Shown piece by piece: positions 38,261 to 48,775 of a stretch of DNA of 64,000 nt; the first letter of the stretch is position 1, and every line of letters begins with the position of its first letter. The DNA comes from a virus, in IMG/VR virus record IMGVR_UViG_3300025929_000013, positions 32,001 to 96,000 of that record. One strand, given 5' to 3'. A program made the translations under genes and the position numbers. The notes beneath the pieces are model-generated. The model was given only the letters and a program-made list of their open reading frames with translations. It ran no database searches and was not told where the DNA came from.

Positions 38261-38414
38261 GAAAGTTCCCTTATGTCCATCCGCCGCGAGTGCGCCGGGA
38301 GCCCCCATACAAGCCGCCCGCACCGCATCCGGGTAGTCCCTACCCGACCCCTGATTGTTAGCACTTGCGACGCTCTGACCTGCGGGAACGTGCAAACGGG
38401 TGAATCTTTCCGGC

Positions 38415-38771
38415 CTACGGCTTGACAGGGGCCGCAACGCCGGTGTCTTCGAGCCCTGCGATCCCCTTCTCGGCGATCGGGACGACGTCGTGGACGAACA
38501 CGGACTCCAGCTTGGCCAGCGCGCCGGTCGGCTTCCAGGTGCCCGCGGCCACCGCGGCGCCACTGATGAACGCGAGGGCGGCGTTGGCCGCAAGGTCGCG
38601 GTAGCTCACCCCGGCGGGGTTCTCCAGCGCGGAGCCGACGCCGGTCGCCGCGGAGAACAGGGCGAGCAGCAGCGCCTTGACGCCCTCGGGCCAGGAGCCC
38701 TTGGAGACGGCGGCCACCAGCAGCGGCAGCACGCTGCCGACCAGCAGGGACAGAAGCGACAAGCGATCCAT
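38415..38771 (-). CDS. Holin-like membrane protein
   Basis: Three hydrophobic helices; follows the tail genes. Confidence 0.7.
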   Translation of the reverse strand: MDRLSLLSLLVGSVLPLLVAAVSKGSWPEGVKALLLALFSAATGVGSALENPAGVSYRDLAANAALAFISGAAVAAGTWKPTGALAKLESVFVHDVVPIAEKGIAGLEDTGVAAPVKP

Positions 38772-38804
38772 GTGCGGTCTCCGAAGATCACTGCCACGAG
38801 CTAT

Positions 38805-40454
38805 TTACGTATCGGGTTGTGCATACATGATCTGGTACGGAACCCCGAGGGGGACCGCCTGGCTTACAAGGCCGTTTAGACGGTATTGCAGGGCGCGGAA
38901 GTCGCGGTAGTAGTGCGAGCGCGAGCGGTACGCGGCGGCTTCCCACAGGTAGTCCGGTGAGGGTTCGGCGGCGTCGAAGTAGGGGTTGAGCAGAGGCGAG
39001 CGCTCGATCATCGCGTCGTCGACCCACCAGGTCACGTTCGCCGCATGCGCGTCCCAGTCGGCCTGCGCGACATAGATCCAGACCCCCACGTCCCCGGACG
39101 CCGACAGCGGCACGGTGAAGGTGACCCACAGCCGGTACCAGCCGCCCTCGATCACGGTCGTGGTGGCGGTGGAGTTTCCCAACACGATGTCGGCGCTGTT
39201 GCCGCCGATCGCGGCGTACAGGTTGATCGCCGGGCTGCCCGCCTGGGGCAGGATGTACACGCTCATGGTGTAGGTCGCGCCGGGCCGCAGCTGCGCGGTG
39301 CCGGAGGTGGGCTGCCCCAGGGTGCCGGTGCCGGGCGCCAGGGAGCCGCCGCTGTAGTGCGCGTCGATCTTCGCGGCGCCCACGTGGGTGCGCCCGACCC
39401 CGGCGTCCACGCCATAGGTGGTCCCGGCCCCGCCGCCCTGCTGGTACCAGCCGTAGGTGTCCACGTCGAAGCTGGGATTGAGGACCTCGTTGACGCGGTT
39501 GGCGGCGACGGTGACGATCTGCTCGCGCGCCGGTTGGAACGCGCTGGGCGCGATGCGTGCGGCGATGTTGTTGCAGGTGATGCGGTGCACGTCGACATAC
39601 GCGATCTCGCCGTCGCCGATCGCGGCGGGGGTGATGTGCGGTACGACCGCGACGTACGCGGTGCCGGAGGGGGCGGTGGCGGTGGCGGTGGACTGCTGGT
39701 AGACGTAGCCGCCGGGGTGGGTGGCGTACGCGGTGTAGCTCCAGGTGCCGATGATGTTGAAGCTGGAGTCGTAGAAGTGGATCCCGGCGGTCCACTGCGC
39801 GTTGGCGCGCGGCAGGGCGACGTACACGGACCCGGTGATCTCCTGGCCCGGCGCGCAGGTCGCCATCGCCGCCTGGTTCGGCTTCATCGAGTACTGCGGC
39901 AGTCCGCCGTTGTTGGTCAGCTTTCCGCACCAGGCGCCGGTCAGCGGGCGGTCCTGGCTGCGGTCGACCGTCGCGTCGAAGATCGTCATGCCGGAGAAGA
40001 CCGCGTCGCGCGAGTACACCAGCTTGGTGCGGTAGTCCGCGGCGTCGGCGGACAGCAGGTTGCCGAGGTTGATGCTCTCGACCTGCGCGGCGGTGATCGC
40101 GGCGGCGGTCGGCGCGGTCCAGGTGGCGCGGATCGCGGCGTTCACGGCCCCGTTCCACAAGGTCCCCAGGGCGGTGGTGTAGGTGATCGGGGCGGTCGCG
40201 GCGGCGTAGGCGCGCGAGTTGGGGGCGCCGGTGCCCAGCGCGAGCAGGCAGCTGACGGCGGGGTCGACCGCGGTCGCGTCCCAGATCCCGAAGTCGTTGA
40301 TCGCGCCGACCGGCAGCACGATCGTGTCGGCGGCGGACCCGGAGGACTGGCTCAGCCCCCGCGCGGACAGCGCGCCGGGCACGCGCAGCAGGGGGGTGGC
40401 GGCGTTGCCGGTGCTGTGCGAGGCGCCGGAGGCGGTGTCCGCGATCGTGGGCAT
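38805..40454 (-). CDS. Minor tail protein with carbohydrate-binding-like domains
   Basis: N.V.NPSF..D..GW and PG.TYT.S.Y CBM-like segments. Confidence 0.7.
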   Translation of the reverse strand: MPTIADTASGASHSTGNAATPLLRVPGALSARGLSQSSGSAADTIVLPVGAINDFGIWDATAVDPAVSCLLALGTGAPNSRAYAAATAPITYTTALGTLWNGAVNAAIRATWTAPTAAAITAAQVESINLGNLLSADAADYRTKLVYSRDAVFSGMTIFDATVDRSQDRPLTGAWCGKLTNNGGLPQYSMKPNQAAMATCAPGQEITGSVYVALPRANAQWTAGIHFYDSSFNIIGTWSYTAYATHPGGYVYQQSTATATAPSGTAYVAVVPHITPAAIGDGEIAYVDVHRITCNNIAARIAPSAFQPAREQIVTVAANRVNEVLNPSFDVDTYGWYQQGGGAGTTYGVDAGVGRTHVGAAKIDAHYSGGSLAPGTGTLGQPTSGTAQLRPGATYTMSVYILPQAGSPAINLYAAIGGNSADIVLGNSTATTTVIEGGWYRLWVTFTVPLSASGDVGVWIYVAQADWDAHAANVTWWVDDAMIERSPLLNPYFDAAEPSPDYLWEAAAYRSRSHYYRDFRALQYRLNGLVSQAVPLGVPYQIMYAQPDT

Positions 40455-40455
40455 G

Positions 40456-41547
40456 TCAGAACACCTGGTCGTAAATGCCGTGGCGCACGGCGGTGGAGTT
40501 GAACGAGTCGCTAACGGTGGTCACCAGCGTCGGCGCACCCGAGGAGCCGGGGTAGGCGTATACGCGGATGGTCGAGCCGACCGCCTGCACGTAATAGCGG
40601 CTGCCGGTCGGCAGCCGGGTGTAGGTGGCCGCGGTGGACAGGACCCCGGCGGTCATCTTCTGCACCTTGGAGCGTGAGCACATCCAGTAATTGCTGGCAT
40701 CCGAGAGCCGGAACAGGATGCCGTTGTCCTCGACCGAGGGGTTGGTCACGTCCGACTGGGCGGTCTGCCCGACGCAGCAGTCCGCGCGGGTGTCGGCGAC
40801 GTAGAGGAGTTTGATTTTCTGGGCGCCGGACCAGGAGGGGTTCTTCACCAGCACCCCGCCGGTGATCTGCCAGTACCCGACCGGGTTCGCCGTCCAGGTA
40901 AGTCCGAGGGTGTTGCCGCTGCTCGCGTTCATCTCCGGGATCGGCGCGGCCAGGCGCTGATAGCAGGGCAGTGCGACCACCGCGCCGCCGGGGGTCATCC
41001 CGCCGGGCACCGCGATCAGGCTGCCGCCCGCGTCGTACCATTCGATGCCCGCGTACACGGTGGCGGCGTACGGGCTTCCGGCGACGTAGAAGCTGGCCAG
41101 CTGCCCGGTGAACCCCGCGCCGGTGGAGAACTCCCACGCGCTGTTGCTGTCCGGGGTCGGCGGCGGTGCGGCGCCCTGGGATCCGGCGGGGGCGATGAAC
41201 TGGTTGGGGCCGTAGTTCACCACCGCGCCGGGCGCGAACACCGTGGAGGCGTCCCACGCCGGGATGTAGGGCAGCGGGATGGCGCTGGCCGCGACCAGCC
41301 CCTTGTCCGGGCTCGTATACGCACTGAACGCCCAGGTGCCCGGCGCGGGCGGGGAGACGTTGGTGTTGGCGAGCAGCGCCTGGTACTGGCGGGTGTCCGT
41401 ACCGGTCACGATCGCCCCCGCGGAGTATGCGGTGGCCGAGCTCCAGGAGGTGATCAGCGGGTATTCGGCGCTGGAGAGGGCCGCGACGCCGCTGGTGGTG
41501 GGGGTGGCGATCAGCCAGATCTGGTTCGCGATCGGAACGGTGGTCAT
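40456..41547 (-). CDS. Minor tail protein with CBM5/12-like repeats
   Basis: WSSATAYSAG and WDASTVFAPG repeats. Confidence 0.65.
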   Translation of the reverse strand: MTTVPIANQIWLIATPTTSGVAALSSAEYPLITSWSSATAYSAGAIVTGTDTRQYQALLANTNVSPPAPGTWAFSAYTSPDKGLVAASAIPLPYIPAWDASTVFAPGAVVNYGPNQFIAPAGSQGAAPPPTPDSNSAWEFSTGAGFTGQLASFYVAGSPYAATVYAGIEWYDAGGSLIAVPGGMTPGGAVVALPCYQRLAAPIPEMNASSGNTLGLTWTANPVGYWQITGGVLVKNPSWSGAQKIKLLYVADTRADCCVGQTAQSDVTNPSVEDNGILFRLSDASNYWMCSRSKVQKMTAGVLSTAATYTRLPTGSRYYVQAVGSTIRVYAYPGSSGAPTLVTTVSDSFNSTAVRHGIYDQVF

Positions 41548-41549
41548 GC

Positions 41550-43190
41550 TCAGGCCCCCAGGTATCCGGTGGCCAGGGTGGTGCTGACGCCGACCGCGCT
41601 CCAGGTGCCCATGCCGCCGGTGACCGGGTTGAGGTAGGTGACCGAGTCGGTGTACGCCTGGGAGGAGGACCACTGCGCCGCGGACGTGCTCGCGCCGGTG
41701 GGCGGGTTGCCGGGCGCGTAGATCAAGGGGTTCTCGTTGAAGGTGATGGTGGAGAACAGCAGGTCGTACGCGGAGGCGGAGGCGTTCTTGGAGGCGACGC
41801 TCAGGGTCAGGGTGTGCGCGCCCGCGATCAGCGCCACCGGCGTGGTGCCCAGGGTGACCGAGCCGTTGGACGCCTTGTACAGGTCGTAGGACGCCTGGTA
41901 GGTGGTGGGCTGGGTCTGTCCGCGCAGCAGGTTGAGCTTGCCCACCTGCACCGCGGCGCCGTCGATCGCGGCGGTCAAGATGCCGCTGTCCGCGCCGGTG
42001 CCCAGCACCAGGACCGCGGTGACCGAGCCGTTGCCCAGGACCGTGAACGGGACGCTGACCACGGTGGTGGGCCCCGCGGCGTTGGTCTCCTTCACATACG
42101 AGACGCTGGACACCGTCACCACGCTCAGGGCGTTGGGTGCGCCGGTCACCGCGTCGGCGACGTAGTTGCCGGTGTTGACGGTGCTCACGGAGGACACGCA
42201 GGTGTAGCGCACGCCCAGGTAGATCACTTCGTCGCCGGGTTTGTACGCCCCGGCGGGGTTCCACGGTGTGGGCGGCGGGGAGTAGAACGCGGACTGGTCC
42301 TGGGTGAGCACCTCGTTCACCCCGGTCGCCACCGTGGCCTTGAGGCCCGTGGCGGCGTGCACGCTGTCGGCCAGGCCCGCGGCGGTGCCCTTCTCCTGGT
42401 TCAGGCGGGCGGCGCGCTGGGTGCGCAGGCGCTGGTAGCGCGCGGAGGACGCGAGCTCGGGGTTGATGCCCAGGCCCTGGCCCAGCTCGTAGAGCCGGTC
42501 CTGGCGGGTGGTGAGGATCGCGTCGACTTCGAGCAGGTCGTCGAGCTCGGTGTGCATCTGCGCGAAACCGAATCCGAGGATGGACAGAAAAGCGGTCAGA
42601 TCCGCGTTGGGGTCGGAGACGTCGGTGCTGGTGCCCGGCAGAGCCTTGTAGGGCGCGGGCACCAGGGATTCGAGCAGCGCGGTGTAGCCGTAGTCGCGCA
42701 CACTGAGGCACGCGACGGATCCGGCGGCGCGGTAGAGGGTGGTCTCGAAGCTGACGGACCACACGGTGGAATCCGTGCCGGGGGTCACGTTCAGGGTGTA
42801 GGGCACCAGGCAGGACCACACCGATCCGCCGTGCGCGACCCGGTCCCCGGTGCCGTAGGTCAGCGCCGCCGACCACGCCGGGAAGGGTGTGGCGAGGAAG
42901 AACGTGTAGTACCAGTAGCCGGGCGGCAAGTCGGTGTCGGCGTAGTCGCTGCGCAGCGTGCTGACGGGGAAGCTGGCCAGCTGTACGCCGTCGGTGATCG
43001 CGACGGGGTAGCCGTAGCCGGAGCGCACGAGGGTGAGCTGTGTCCAGTCGGCCAGGGGCGGGGTGTCCCAGGACAGGGTGATGCGCCCGTAGTCGCTCTG
43101 GACGGCGGTCAGGTTGGTGACGTGGTAGTCCAGGTCCTGGGGCGCGCCGTAGAGGGTCTTGCCGTAGACGTCGATGCCGTAGGTGGCCAC
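41550..43190 (-). CDS. Baseplate wedge / tail protein (P2 gpI-like region plus CBM repeats)
   Basis: L..LG..LG...KGT..GL; WSAALTYGTGD and WNPAGAYKPGD. Confidence 0.7.
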   Translation of the reverse strand: MATYGIDVYGKTLYGAPQDLDYHVTNLTAVQSDYGRITLSWDTPPLADWTQLTLVRSGYGYPVAITDGVQLASFPVSTLRSDYADTDLPPGYWYYTFFLATPFPAWSAALTYGTGDRVAHGGSVWSCLVPYTLNVTPGTDSTVWSVSFETTLYRAAGSVACLSVRDYGYTALLESLVPAPYKALPGTSTDVSDPNADLTAFLSILGFGFAQMHTELDDLLEVDAILTTRQDRLYELGQGLGINPELASSARYQRLRTQRAARLNQEKGTAAGLADSVHAATGLKATVATGVNEVLTQDQSAFYSPPPTPWNPAGAYKPGDEVIYLGVRYTCVSSVSTVNTGNYVADAVTGAPNALSVVTVSSVSYVKETNAAGPTTVVSVPFTVLGNGSVTAVLVLGTGADSGILTAAIDGAAVQVGKLNLLRGQTQPTTYQASYDLYKASNGSVTLGTTPVALIAGAHTLTLSVASKNASASAYDLLFSTITFNENPLIYAPGNPPTGASTSAAQWSSSQAYTDSVTYLNPVTGGMGTWSAVGVSTTLATGYLGA

Positions 43191-43191
43191 G

Positions 43192-43956
43192 TCAGATCCC
43201 CGGCACCGGGCGCACGTAGGTGGCCGTGAGCGTCGCGACGCCGCTGCACGTGCCGTTGTACTGCCCGATCTGCACCGTGAGGACGTCGCCCTGGTGCAGC
43301 GGCCCGTCGTAGGACACGGTGGGCAGGTGGGTGGCCAGGTACACCGGCTGATACGGGATGTGCGAGGCGTGCTGCTTGACCAGGGAGCCGTTGACGTGGA
43401 AGCGCACGATGACGTCCTGGAACGCGATCGGCACCGGCAGCAGCGCGGAGGCGTTCAGGACGTTCTGCGCGGAGGACAGGGCGACCTCGTCGACCGCCGC
43501 GGAGAAGCCGACGTCGATGTGGTACCAGCCGCCGAGCACGCTGGTGATGTGCGAGCCGCCGGACCACATCCGGAACGGGTCCTGCACCGGGACGCTGGTC
43601 CAGTTGATCAGCCCGAAGTTCGCCGGGCCGGGCAGCGTGAGCCGGTTGGGGGTCACCCCGCCCTGGCTCAGGCTCAAGACCGGGGTGTTCCAGCCGTTCG
43701 CGGACGCGGTGACCAGGTTGCTGATCTGGGTCTGAAGGCTGAGCAGGGTGGTGTCGTGGTGGTCCAGGCGCGCGCCGACGTTGGCGTAGACCACCGCGGA
43801 GGAGCCGACGGGGGCGTAGATGTGGGGGTTGACGCCCAGGGTCTGCTGGGTGGCGCCCAGCTCGTCCTGGAGGGCGTTGACGTCGTTGGCGTCGACCGTG
43901 GTGATCTGGTCGCGTTTGGTGGAGTAGGTGCGCACCGCGCCCGGGTAGACCGCCAT
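43192..43956 (-). CDS. Minor tail / fibre protein
   Basis: A.DVNALQDE....Q.TLG; lies in the baseplate operon. Confidence 0.65.
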   Translation of the reverse strand: MAVYPGAVRTYSTKRDQITTVDANDVNALQDELGATQQTLGVNPHIYAPVGSSAVVYANVGARLDHHDTTLLSLQTQISNLVTASANGWNTPVLSLSQGGVTPNRLTLPGPANFGLINWTSVPVQDPFRMWSGGSHITSVLGGWYHIDVGFSAAVDEVALSSAQNVLNASALLPVPIAFQDVIVRFHVNGSLVKQHASHIPYQPVYLATHLPTVSYDGPLHQGDVLTVQIGQYNGTCSGVATLTATYVRPVPGI

Positions 43957-45458
43957 TACACGCCTCCCGTGGCGTTGATCGTGAAGGTTCCGGCGGCCGG
44001 GCACTCCCAGGCGCGGAAGAACGCGTCGAAGGTCCCGGTCTGGGGCAGGTCGCTGCGCGCGAACACGGGGATGTTGACCAGCGACACCCCGGGTACGGCG
44101 TCGACCGCGGCGTAGATCGCGGACAGCGGCACCAGCTCGCCGAAGTCGACCGCGTCCGGCGCGAACACCGCCTGGAGCGCGGCCGTCACCGCGCCGAGGG
44201 TGGCGGCGCGGTTGTAGGAGGGCTGCACGTAGAGCTGCACCGGGGACGCCGAGGTGCCGATGTTGACGCTCACCACCGTGCCCGCCTGCACGCTCACGCT
44301 CATCCCGGCCACCACCAGGGGCGCGAGGGTGTTCTGGACCTGGGTGATCAGGGCGGTGGTGGGGGCCGAGCGCTGGGCGGCCAGGATGTACACGGTCACC
44401 GCGCCGGTGCCGGAGCTGATCGCGGAGGCCTTGGACACGGCGGACAGCGAGAGTGCGGCGTCGGCGTAGTCGGCGAGGGTGACGCAGCGTTTCTGGGTGC
44501 GCCACGCGCGCGGGGCGTTGATGCGGATCGAGTCAAGGGACTCGGCGTCGGCGCCGCCGAGGGTCTGGCTGGAGGACTGCACGGTGACCCCGGTGACCGC
44601 GTGCGCCAGGTCGGTGATGGAGCCCGCGGCCAGGTTGCCGTAGGCGCCGCCGCCGACGCGGTAGGACGCGGAGATAACGACCCCGCTCGGCGGGACCATC
44701 CCGTTGACGCCGTCGCCGAAGACGATGGTGGACGCGCCGGTGGCGTCGGTGGCCACGCTGTAGACGGTGTCGGTGGGGCCCGCGTCCAGCAGGCTGTCGG
44801 TCGCGCTCCACACCGCGGGGCCGCCGGGCAGCTGCACGATCACGACCAGGGTCGGGGGCAATAGCGGCGCGGTCGGCAGCGCGAAGGACTGCCCGGCCAC
44901 CCCCGTGCTGGTGCCCAGGTCCAGCACCTGGTAGGTGGTCGCGGACGCGACGCCGATCGAGACGGTCAGGGCGTAGTGGCCCTGGTCCTTGCCCTGGGTG
45001 ACGTTCGCGGTGACGCTGCCCCCGGCGGCCGGGACGGTGGTGTCGGCGTCCAGCTCGAAGGTGATGTTCCCGTCCACGCTGGCCTGGTAGCCGGTGATCA
45101 GCTGGGTGGCGGCGGGCAGCAGGATGGAGCCGGTCGTGCCGGGGTCCGAGACCAGGGTGACCGTGCCCGTCGCGGGCAGGGCTGGCGAGGGGGTGTATCC
45201 GATCAGGGCGGCCAAGTTCAGCACGCTGGCGCGCTGGGTGGCGGTAGCCAGGAAGGCCTCGTTGGCGATGCGGTCCTGGTAGTAGGACAGGATGTCGCCC
45301 ACGTAGCTGATCATGTCCGTGAACAGGACGCCGAAGTCCCCGGTGTCCCGCGACGTCCACTGGGGCATCGCAAGGTCCGCATACGCGAAGAGCGACTGCT
45401 GGAACCCGGTGAAGTCCTTGCTGATGTAGTCGACGACGTTCGGCAGCGGCGTGCCCAC
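43956..45458 (-). CDS. Baseplate J-like wedge protein
   Basis: DYISKDF, YYQDRIANEAFL.TA, FGDG..G..P, GGADAES and R.VT..DY. Confidence 0.9.
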   Translation of the reverse strand: MGTPLPNVVDYISKDFTGFQQSLFAYADLAMPQWTSRDTGDFGVLFTDMISYVGDILSYYQDRIANEAFLATATQRASVLNLAALIGYTPSPALPATGTVTLVSDPGTTGSILLPAATQLITGYQASVDGNITFELDADTTVPAAGGSVTANVTQGKDQGHYALTVSIGVASATTYQVLDLGTSTGVAGQSFALPTAPLLPPTLVVIVQLPGGPAVWSATDSLLDAGPTDTVYSVATDATGASTIVFGDGVNGMVPPSGVVISASYRVGGGAYGNLAAGSITDLAHAVTGVTVQSSSQTLGGADAESLDSIRINAPRAWRTQKRCVTLADYADAALSLSAVSKASAISSGTGAVTVYILAAQRSAPTTALITQVQNTLAPLVVAGMSVSVQAGTVVSVNIGTSASPVQLYVQPSYNRAATLGAVTAALQAVFAPDAVDFGELVPLSAIYAAVDAVPGVSLVNIPVFARSDLPQTGTFDAFFRAWECPAAGTFTINATGGV

Positions 45459-45537
45459 GCGGCGGAGCCTCCCGTCCCAAAATGCGGTTACGAGCAGGCT
45501 CCGAATGGTGTGGTGCTTACATCAGTCTAGAAGGTGC

Positions 45538-45963
45538 TCAGGGCTGCGTGGTGCTGGCGTAGTCGGTCACGGTGCCCCCGACGCCGACGCGCACGGTGGT
45601 GTGCGCGCTGGGCCGGGCCAGGGCGTCGTCCTTGCGCGCGGCGTCCGCGATCACGCCCGCGATGCCCGTGCCGGTGGCGTCCATGACCGGGGTGATGCTT
45701 TTGAGCACGGCGGTCGGCTCGTACACGGTCATCGCCTGCTGTACGTCGTGCCCGATCTCCGTGACCGCCATGGGGTCGCGGAAGGTGAACAGCAGGTGCG
45801 CGGTCGCCACCCCGAAGCCGACGGCGGCCACGCGCTGGCCGGGCTGGGTGGAGGCCAGGGCGGTGACCCGGTCGCGCAGCTGCGCGGTGGCCGAGGGCTG
45901 GACGCCGACCGCGCCGCTCTGGTCGATCGCGAACGGCAGCGACACGGCGACGGGCTGGGCCAT
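45538..45963 (-). CDS. gp25/GPW-like baseplate protein
   Basis: LPF, T.PGQRV...FG and YEP. Confidence 0.8.
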   Translation of the reverse strand: MAQPVAVSLPFAIDQSGAVGVQPSATAQLRDRVTALASTQPGQRVAAVGFGVATAHLLFTFRDPMAVTEIGHDVQQAMTVYEPTAVLKSITPVMDATGTGIAGVIADAARKDDALARPSAHTTVRVGVGGTVTDYASTTQP

Positions 45964-45973
45964 GACAGCCTCC

Positions 45974-46531
45974 TCACAAAGTCGAGTAACTGAGTGTATT
46001 GAGGAACAGTTGCGCGGTGCCGGTGTAGGACACCGCGCCGCCGACCCAGGTCAGGTTTCCCGAGGTGTCGGCCAGCAGCGTGTCCAGCACCGGCGTGGGG
46101 GTCAGCAGCACCACCCCGGCGTACGCGGGCACCGCGGGCACGGGCAGGGCGCCGGTGAGTACGGCGGTGCTGGCGCCGAACACGACGCTGCTGGTGGCCA
46201 GCGCCCCGCGCCACTGCACCTGCCCGCCGGGCCCGAGCCGGTACTGAGCGGTGCCCGCGCTCCACCCGGCCGCGAGCCACGCGGCGGCGGGGGCGGCCCA
46301 GGGGCTGTAGACGGGCCCCGCATGGTAGACGGGCTTTGAGGCGTCGCCGACGTCCAGGGAGACCCACACGGTGGATCCGGGGATGGGGGCGGGGCCGTGG
46401 GTGCGCACGGTGGGCGCGGCCCACGCGGACACGGCGCCCCCGGCGACCTGCGGGATCAGGACTTTGATGCGGCCCTGGCCGAGCGGGTCGGTGGTGGCCG
46501 CGACGTGCGCCTCGTAGATCTCGCCGCTCAT
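45974..46531 (-). CDS. Baseplate spike (gpV-like OB fold)
   Basis: DPLGQGRIKV.IP...WA...P.PGS.VWV...GD...PVY. Confidence 0.85.
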   Translation of the reverse strand: MSGEIYEAHVAATTDPLGQGRIKVLIPQVAGGAVSAWAAPTVRTHGPAPIPGSTVWVSLDVGDASKPVYHAGPVYSPWAAPAAAWLAAGWSAGTAQYRLGPGGQVQWRGALATSSVVFGASTAVLTGALPVPAVPAYAGVVLLTPTPVLDTLLADTSGNLTWVGGAVSYTGTAQLFLNTLSYSTL

Positions 46532-47745
46532 GCGCCGCTGCCGTAGAACGCCGCCCGCCACGCCGAGCCGCTGAGCACCATCGCGCCGGGCGCCGGGGCC
46601 ACCGGGCGCGGGCTGGTCAGGTTCAGGGCGCCCTCCTGGTCGCGGCCGAGCTCAAGGTCGATGTGGTAGGTGTTGTGGGCTTTGAGCAGCGGGTCGAGGG
46701 TGATGCGGTGGGTGGCCTGGCAGATGCGCCACAGGCCCTGGTCGGCGCCGGGCAGCGCGCGCCCGGCCAGGCGCACGGTGCGTCCCGGGCGCAGGCGGGT
46801 GTCGCCGTCGCAGCTCGCGCAGGCGCTGACCCAGTAGCGCTGGGTGGACATCGCCGCGTTGGCGATGTCCTGGGCCTCGGCGTAGGAGGAGGCCACGGAG
46901 CCCTTGACCACCCGGGCGAACGCGGGCGGCGCGCTGGCGCCGGGTGAGGTGCGCGTCGGGATGGCGGAGGCGGTGGCCAGCTGCCCCGAGGAGCTGCGCA
47001 GGGTGTTGGCGCTGTACGAGGTCAGATACGAGCCGCTCGGGTCGGTCTCGCCCACGGTGGACTCGAACGCGCTCAGGGTGTCCCACACCCCGGGCTGCAT
47101 GTCGCGGCGCAGCACCGGCGCGGAGAAACCCGCGGGGTCGATCGAGACGGCCGGGTCGACGAAGTACACCAGGGAGTTGTCCACCCAGCACTGGAAGCCC
47201 ACCTGGGCGGCGAGGTCCTGGAGGAAGGAGAAGTCCGAGACGGCGGCCTGGGTCTTGGCCGGGAAGATGCGGGGGCTGGGGGTGACGTAGGCGGCCAGCT
47301 GGTTCGCGGCGGCGATCTGGCGCGCGATCGCGGAGCCGGTGGTGTTCAGGAAGGAGCGGCTCACCGCGTTCTGCATCGGCATCGAGGACCCGGTCAGGGT
47401 GTACTGCACCGGCAGGGTCACCATCCCGGCGATGCGCGAGACGCCCTGGGTGCTCAGTTTCCGATGGCTCGCGACATACCCGTAGAAGTCGTAGGAGTCC
47501 GCGGGCGAGGAGGCGTAGGTGAAGTGCACCGGGGTGCGGTCCGCGATGATCATCGAGGAGGGTACTGACTGCTCCAGCGCCTGGCGGTCCGCGGTGACCG
47601 GGGTCAGGACCGTGAGCTGCGCGATCGCGTGCTCGCCGACCGCGAGGCGGATCTGGGCGGCGACCGGCAGCCGGTGCGAGTCCAGCGCGGGGCTGCGCAC
47701 GGTGAGGGCCGGGGCGAACGCGGGGGCGGGCAGGATGCTAGGCAT
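46528..47745 (-). CDS. Baseplate hub (gpD/gp27-like)
   Basis: Q...SDF.FL..LA...G and GD..LRPG. Confidence 0.8.
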   Translation of the reverse strand: MPSILPAPAFAPALTVRSPALDSHRLPVAAQIRLAVGEHAIAQLTVLTPVTADRQALEQSVPSSMIIADRTPVHFTYASSPADSYDFYGYVASHRKLSTQGVSRIAGMVTLPVQYTLTGSSMPMQNAVSRSFLNTTGSAIARQIAAANQLAAYVTPSPRIFPAKTQAAVSDFSFLQDLAAQVGFQCWVDNSLVYFVDPAVSIDPAGFSAPVLRRDMQPGVWDTLSAFESTVGETDPSGSYLTSYSANTLRSSSGQLATASAIPTRTSPGASAPPAFARVVKGSVASSYAEAQDIANAAMSTQRYWVSACASCDGDTRLRPGRTVRLAGRALPGADQGLWRICQATHRITLDPLLKAHNTYHIDLELGRDQEGALNLTSPRPVAPAPGAMVLSGSAWRAAFYGSGA

Positions 47746-48013
47746 CGGGGATCCTGATCACGGTGCCCTGCGGGACGCTGAGCCAGTTCGCGATCTGGGG
47801 GTTGGCGTCCGCGAACACCCACCACAGCGCCTCCGCGCCGTAGAAGCGCTTGGCGACCAGGTCGACGCGGTCGTGCGCACCCCAGGTGTAGTACTGCACC
47901 GTGTAGGTCACGCCCTGCGGGGTCAGCGGCAGGATCGTGGGACGGGTGGTGCCCGCGGCGTCGGTGAGCGGGACGACGGTGTTGCGCGTGTAGCGCGAGG
48001 AGGAGGAGATCAT
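47738..48013 (-). CDS. Tail X / LysM-like baseplate protein
   Basis: DRVDLVA.RFYG...LWW..ADANP......G..IRIP. Confidence 0.85.
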   Translation of the reverse strand: MISSSSRYTRNTVVPLTDAAGTTRPTILPLTPQGVTYTVQYYTWGAHDRVDLVAKRFYGAEALWWVFADANPQIANWLSVPQGTVIRIPDA

Positions 48014-48762
48014 GCCGGGCTCGCCTGGGGCAGCAGGGTGAAGGACAGCGCCACGGCGCAGCGCATCGGCGTCATATTGGCCGAGAAATGAGTGTATTGA
48101 ACATCGATACCTGATATGTAGCCGTAATAGGACAGGGAGTTCTGCGCGTACGCCGCGCCGAAATGGACCCACGCCGGGACCTGCTGCATGGGCCCGGTGA
48201 CGTTGCTCTTCTGCGGATTGTTGTTGGCGTCGGTCCAGCTCACGCTCGCAACCTGCGTGGTGATCCCGGAAATCCTTTTCAGCGCGTTGACGTCGGCCAG
48301 GACGCCGATCTGGCGCGGGTCCTCCGCGGCGAACCGCCCGCCCGGCAGCGGGAACTGGTCAGGATAACTGTTCGGCAGGTTGGGGCCCTGCGGGATGCCC
48401 GTGTTGACTTCGAACGTGCGGTCGAACAGCAGGCTGAAGCTGAGGGTGGAGGCCAGCCCGATCAGGTAGACCCCGTTGTCCAGGGGGCTGCGGTTGTACT
48501 GCGGCAGGGTCAGGTTGGTGGCCGAGGAGTCGATCGTGTACGTGGTCTCCACCATCGACGGGTTGTATAAGAAAGCACATGCATATACGGGCGCGTTGTC
48601 TCCCGAGTAGTAGCTCTTGTCCTGTTTGATGTAGCCGCGCTGGAGGTTGTTGATCTCCTGCGGGAACAGGGTGCCCTTGGGCTGGACCGCGGTGGTGCCG
48701 ATCAGCGGCAGCTGCAAGATCCTCGGGTCGAACGCCGCTTGCGGCCAGGCGTCCTCGATCAC
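48010..48762 (-). CDS. Tail tube initiator-like protein
   Basis: FLYNP, LLFDRT and YTHF...M.P.R; downstream of the tape measure. Confidence 0.7.
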   Translation of the reverse strand: MIEDAWPQAAFDPRILQLPLIGTTAVQPKGTLFPQEINNLQRGYIKQDKSYYSGDNAPVYACAFLYNPSMVETTYTIDSSATNLTLPQYNRSPLDNGVYLIGLASTLSFSLLFDRTFEVNTGIPQGPNLPNSYPDQFPLPGGRFAAEDPRQIGVLADVNALKRISGITTQVASVSWTDANNNPQKSNVTGPMQQVPAWVHFGAAYAQNSLSYYGYISGIDVQYTHFSANMTPMRCAVALSFTLLPQASPA

Positions 48763-48775
48763 GCTGTCACCTCGC

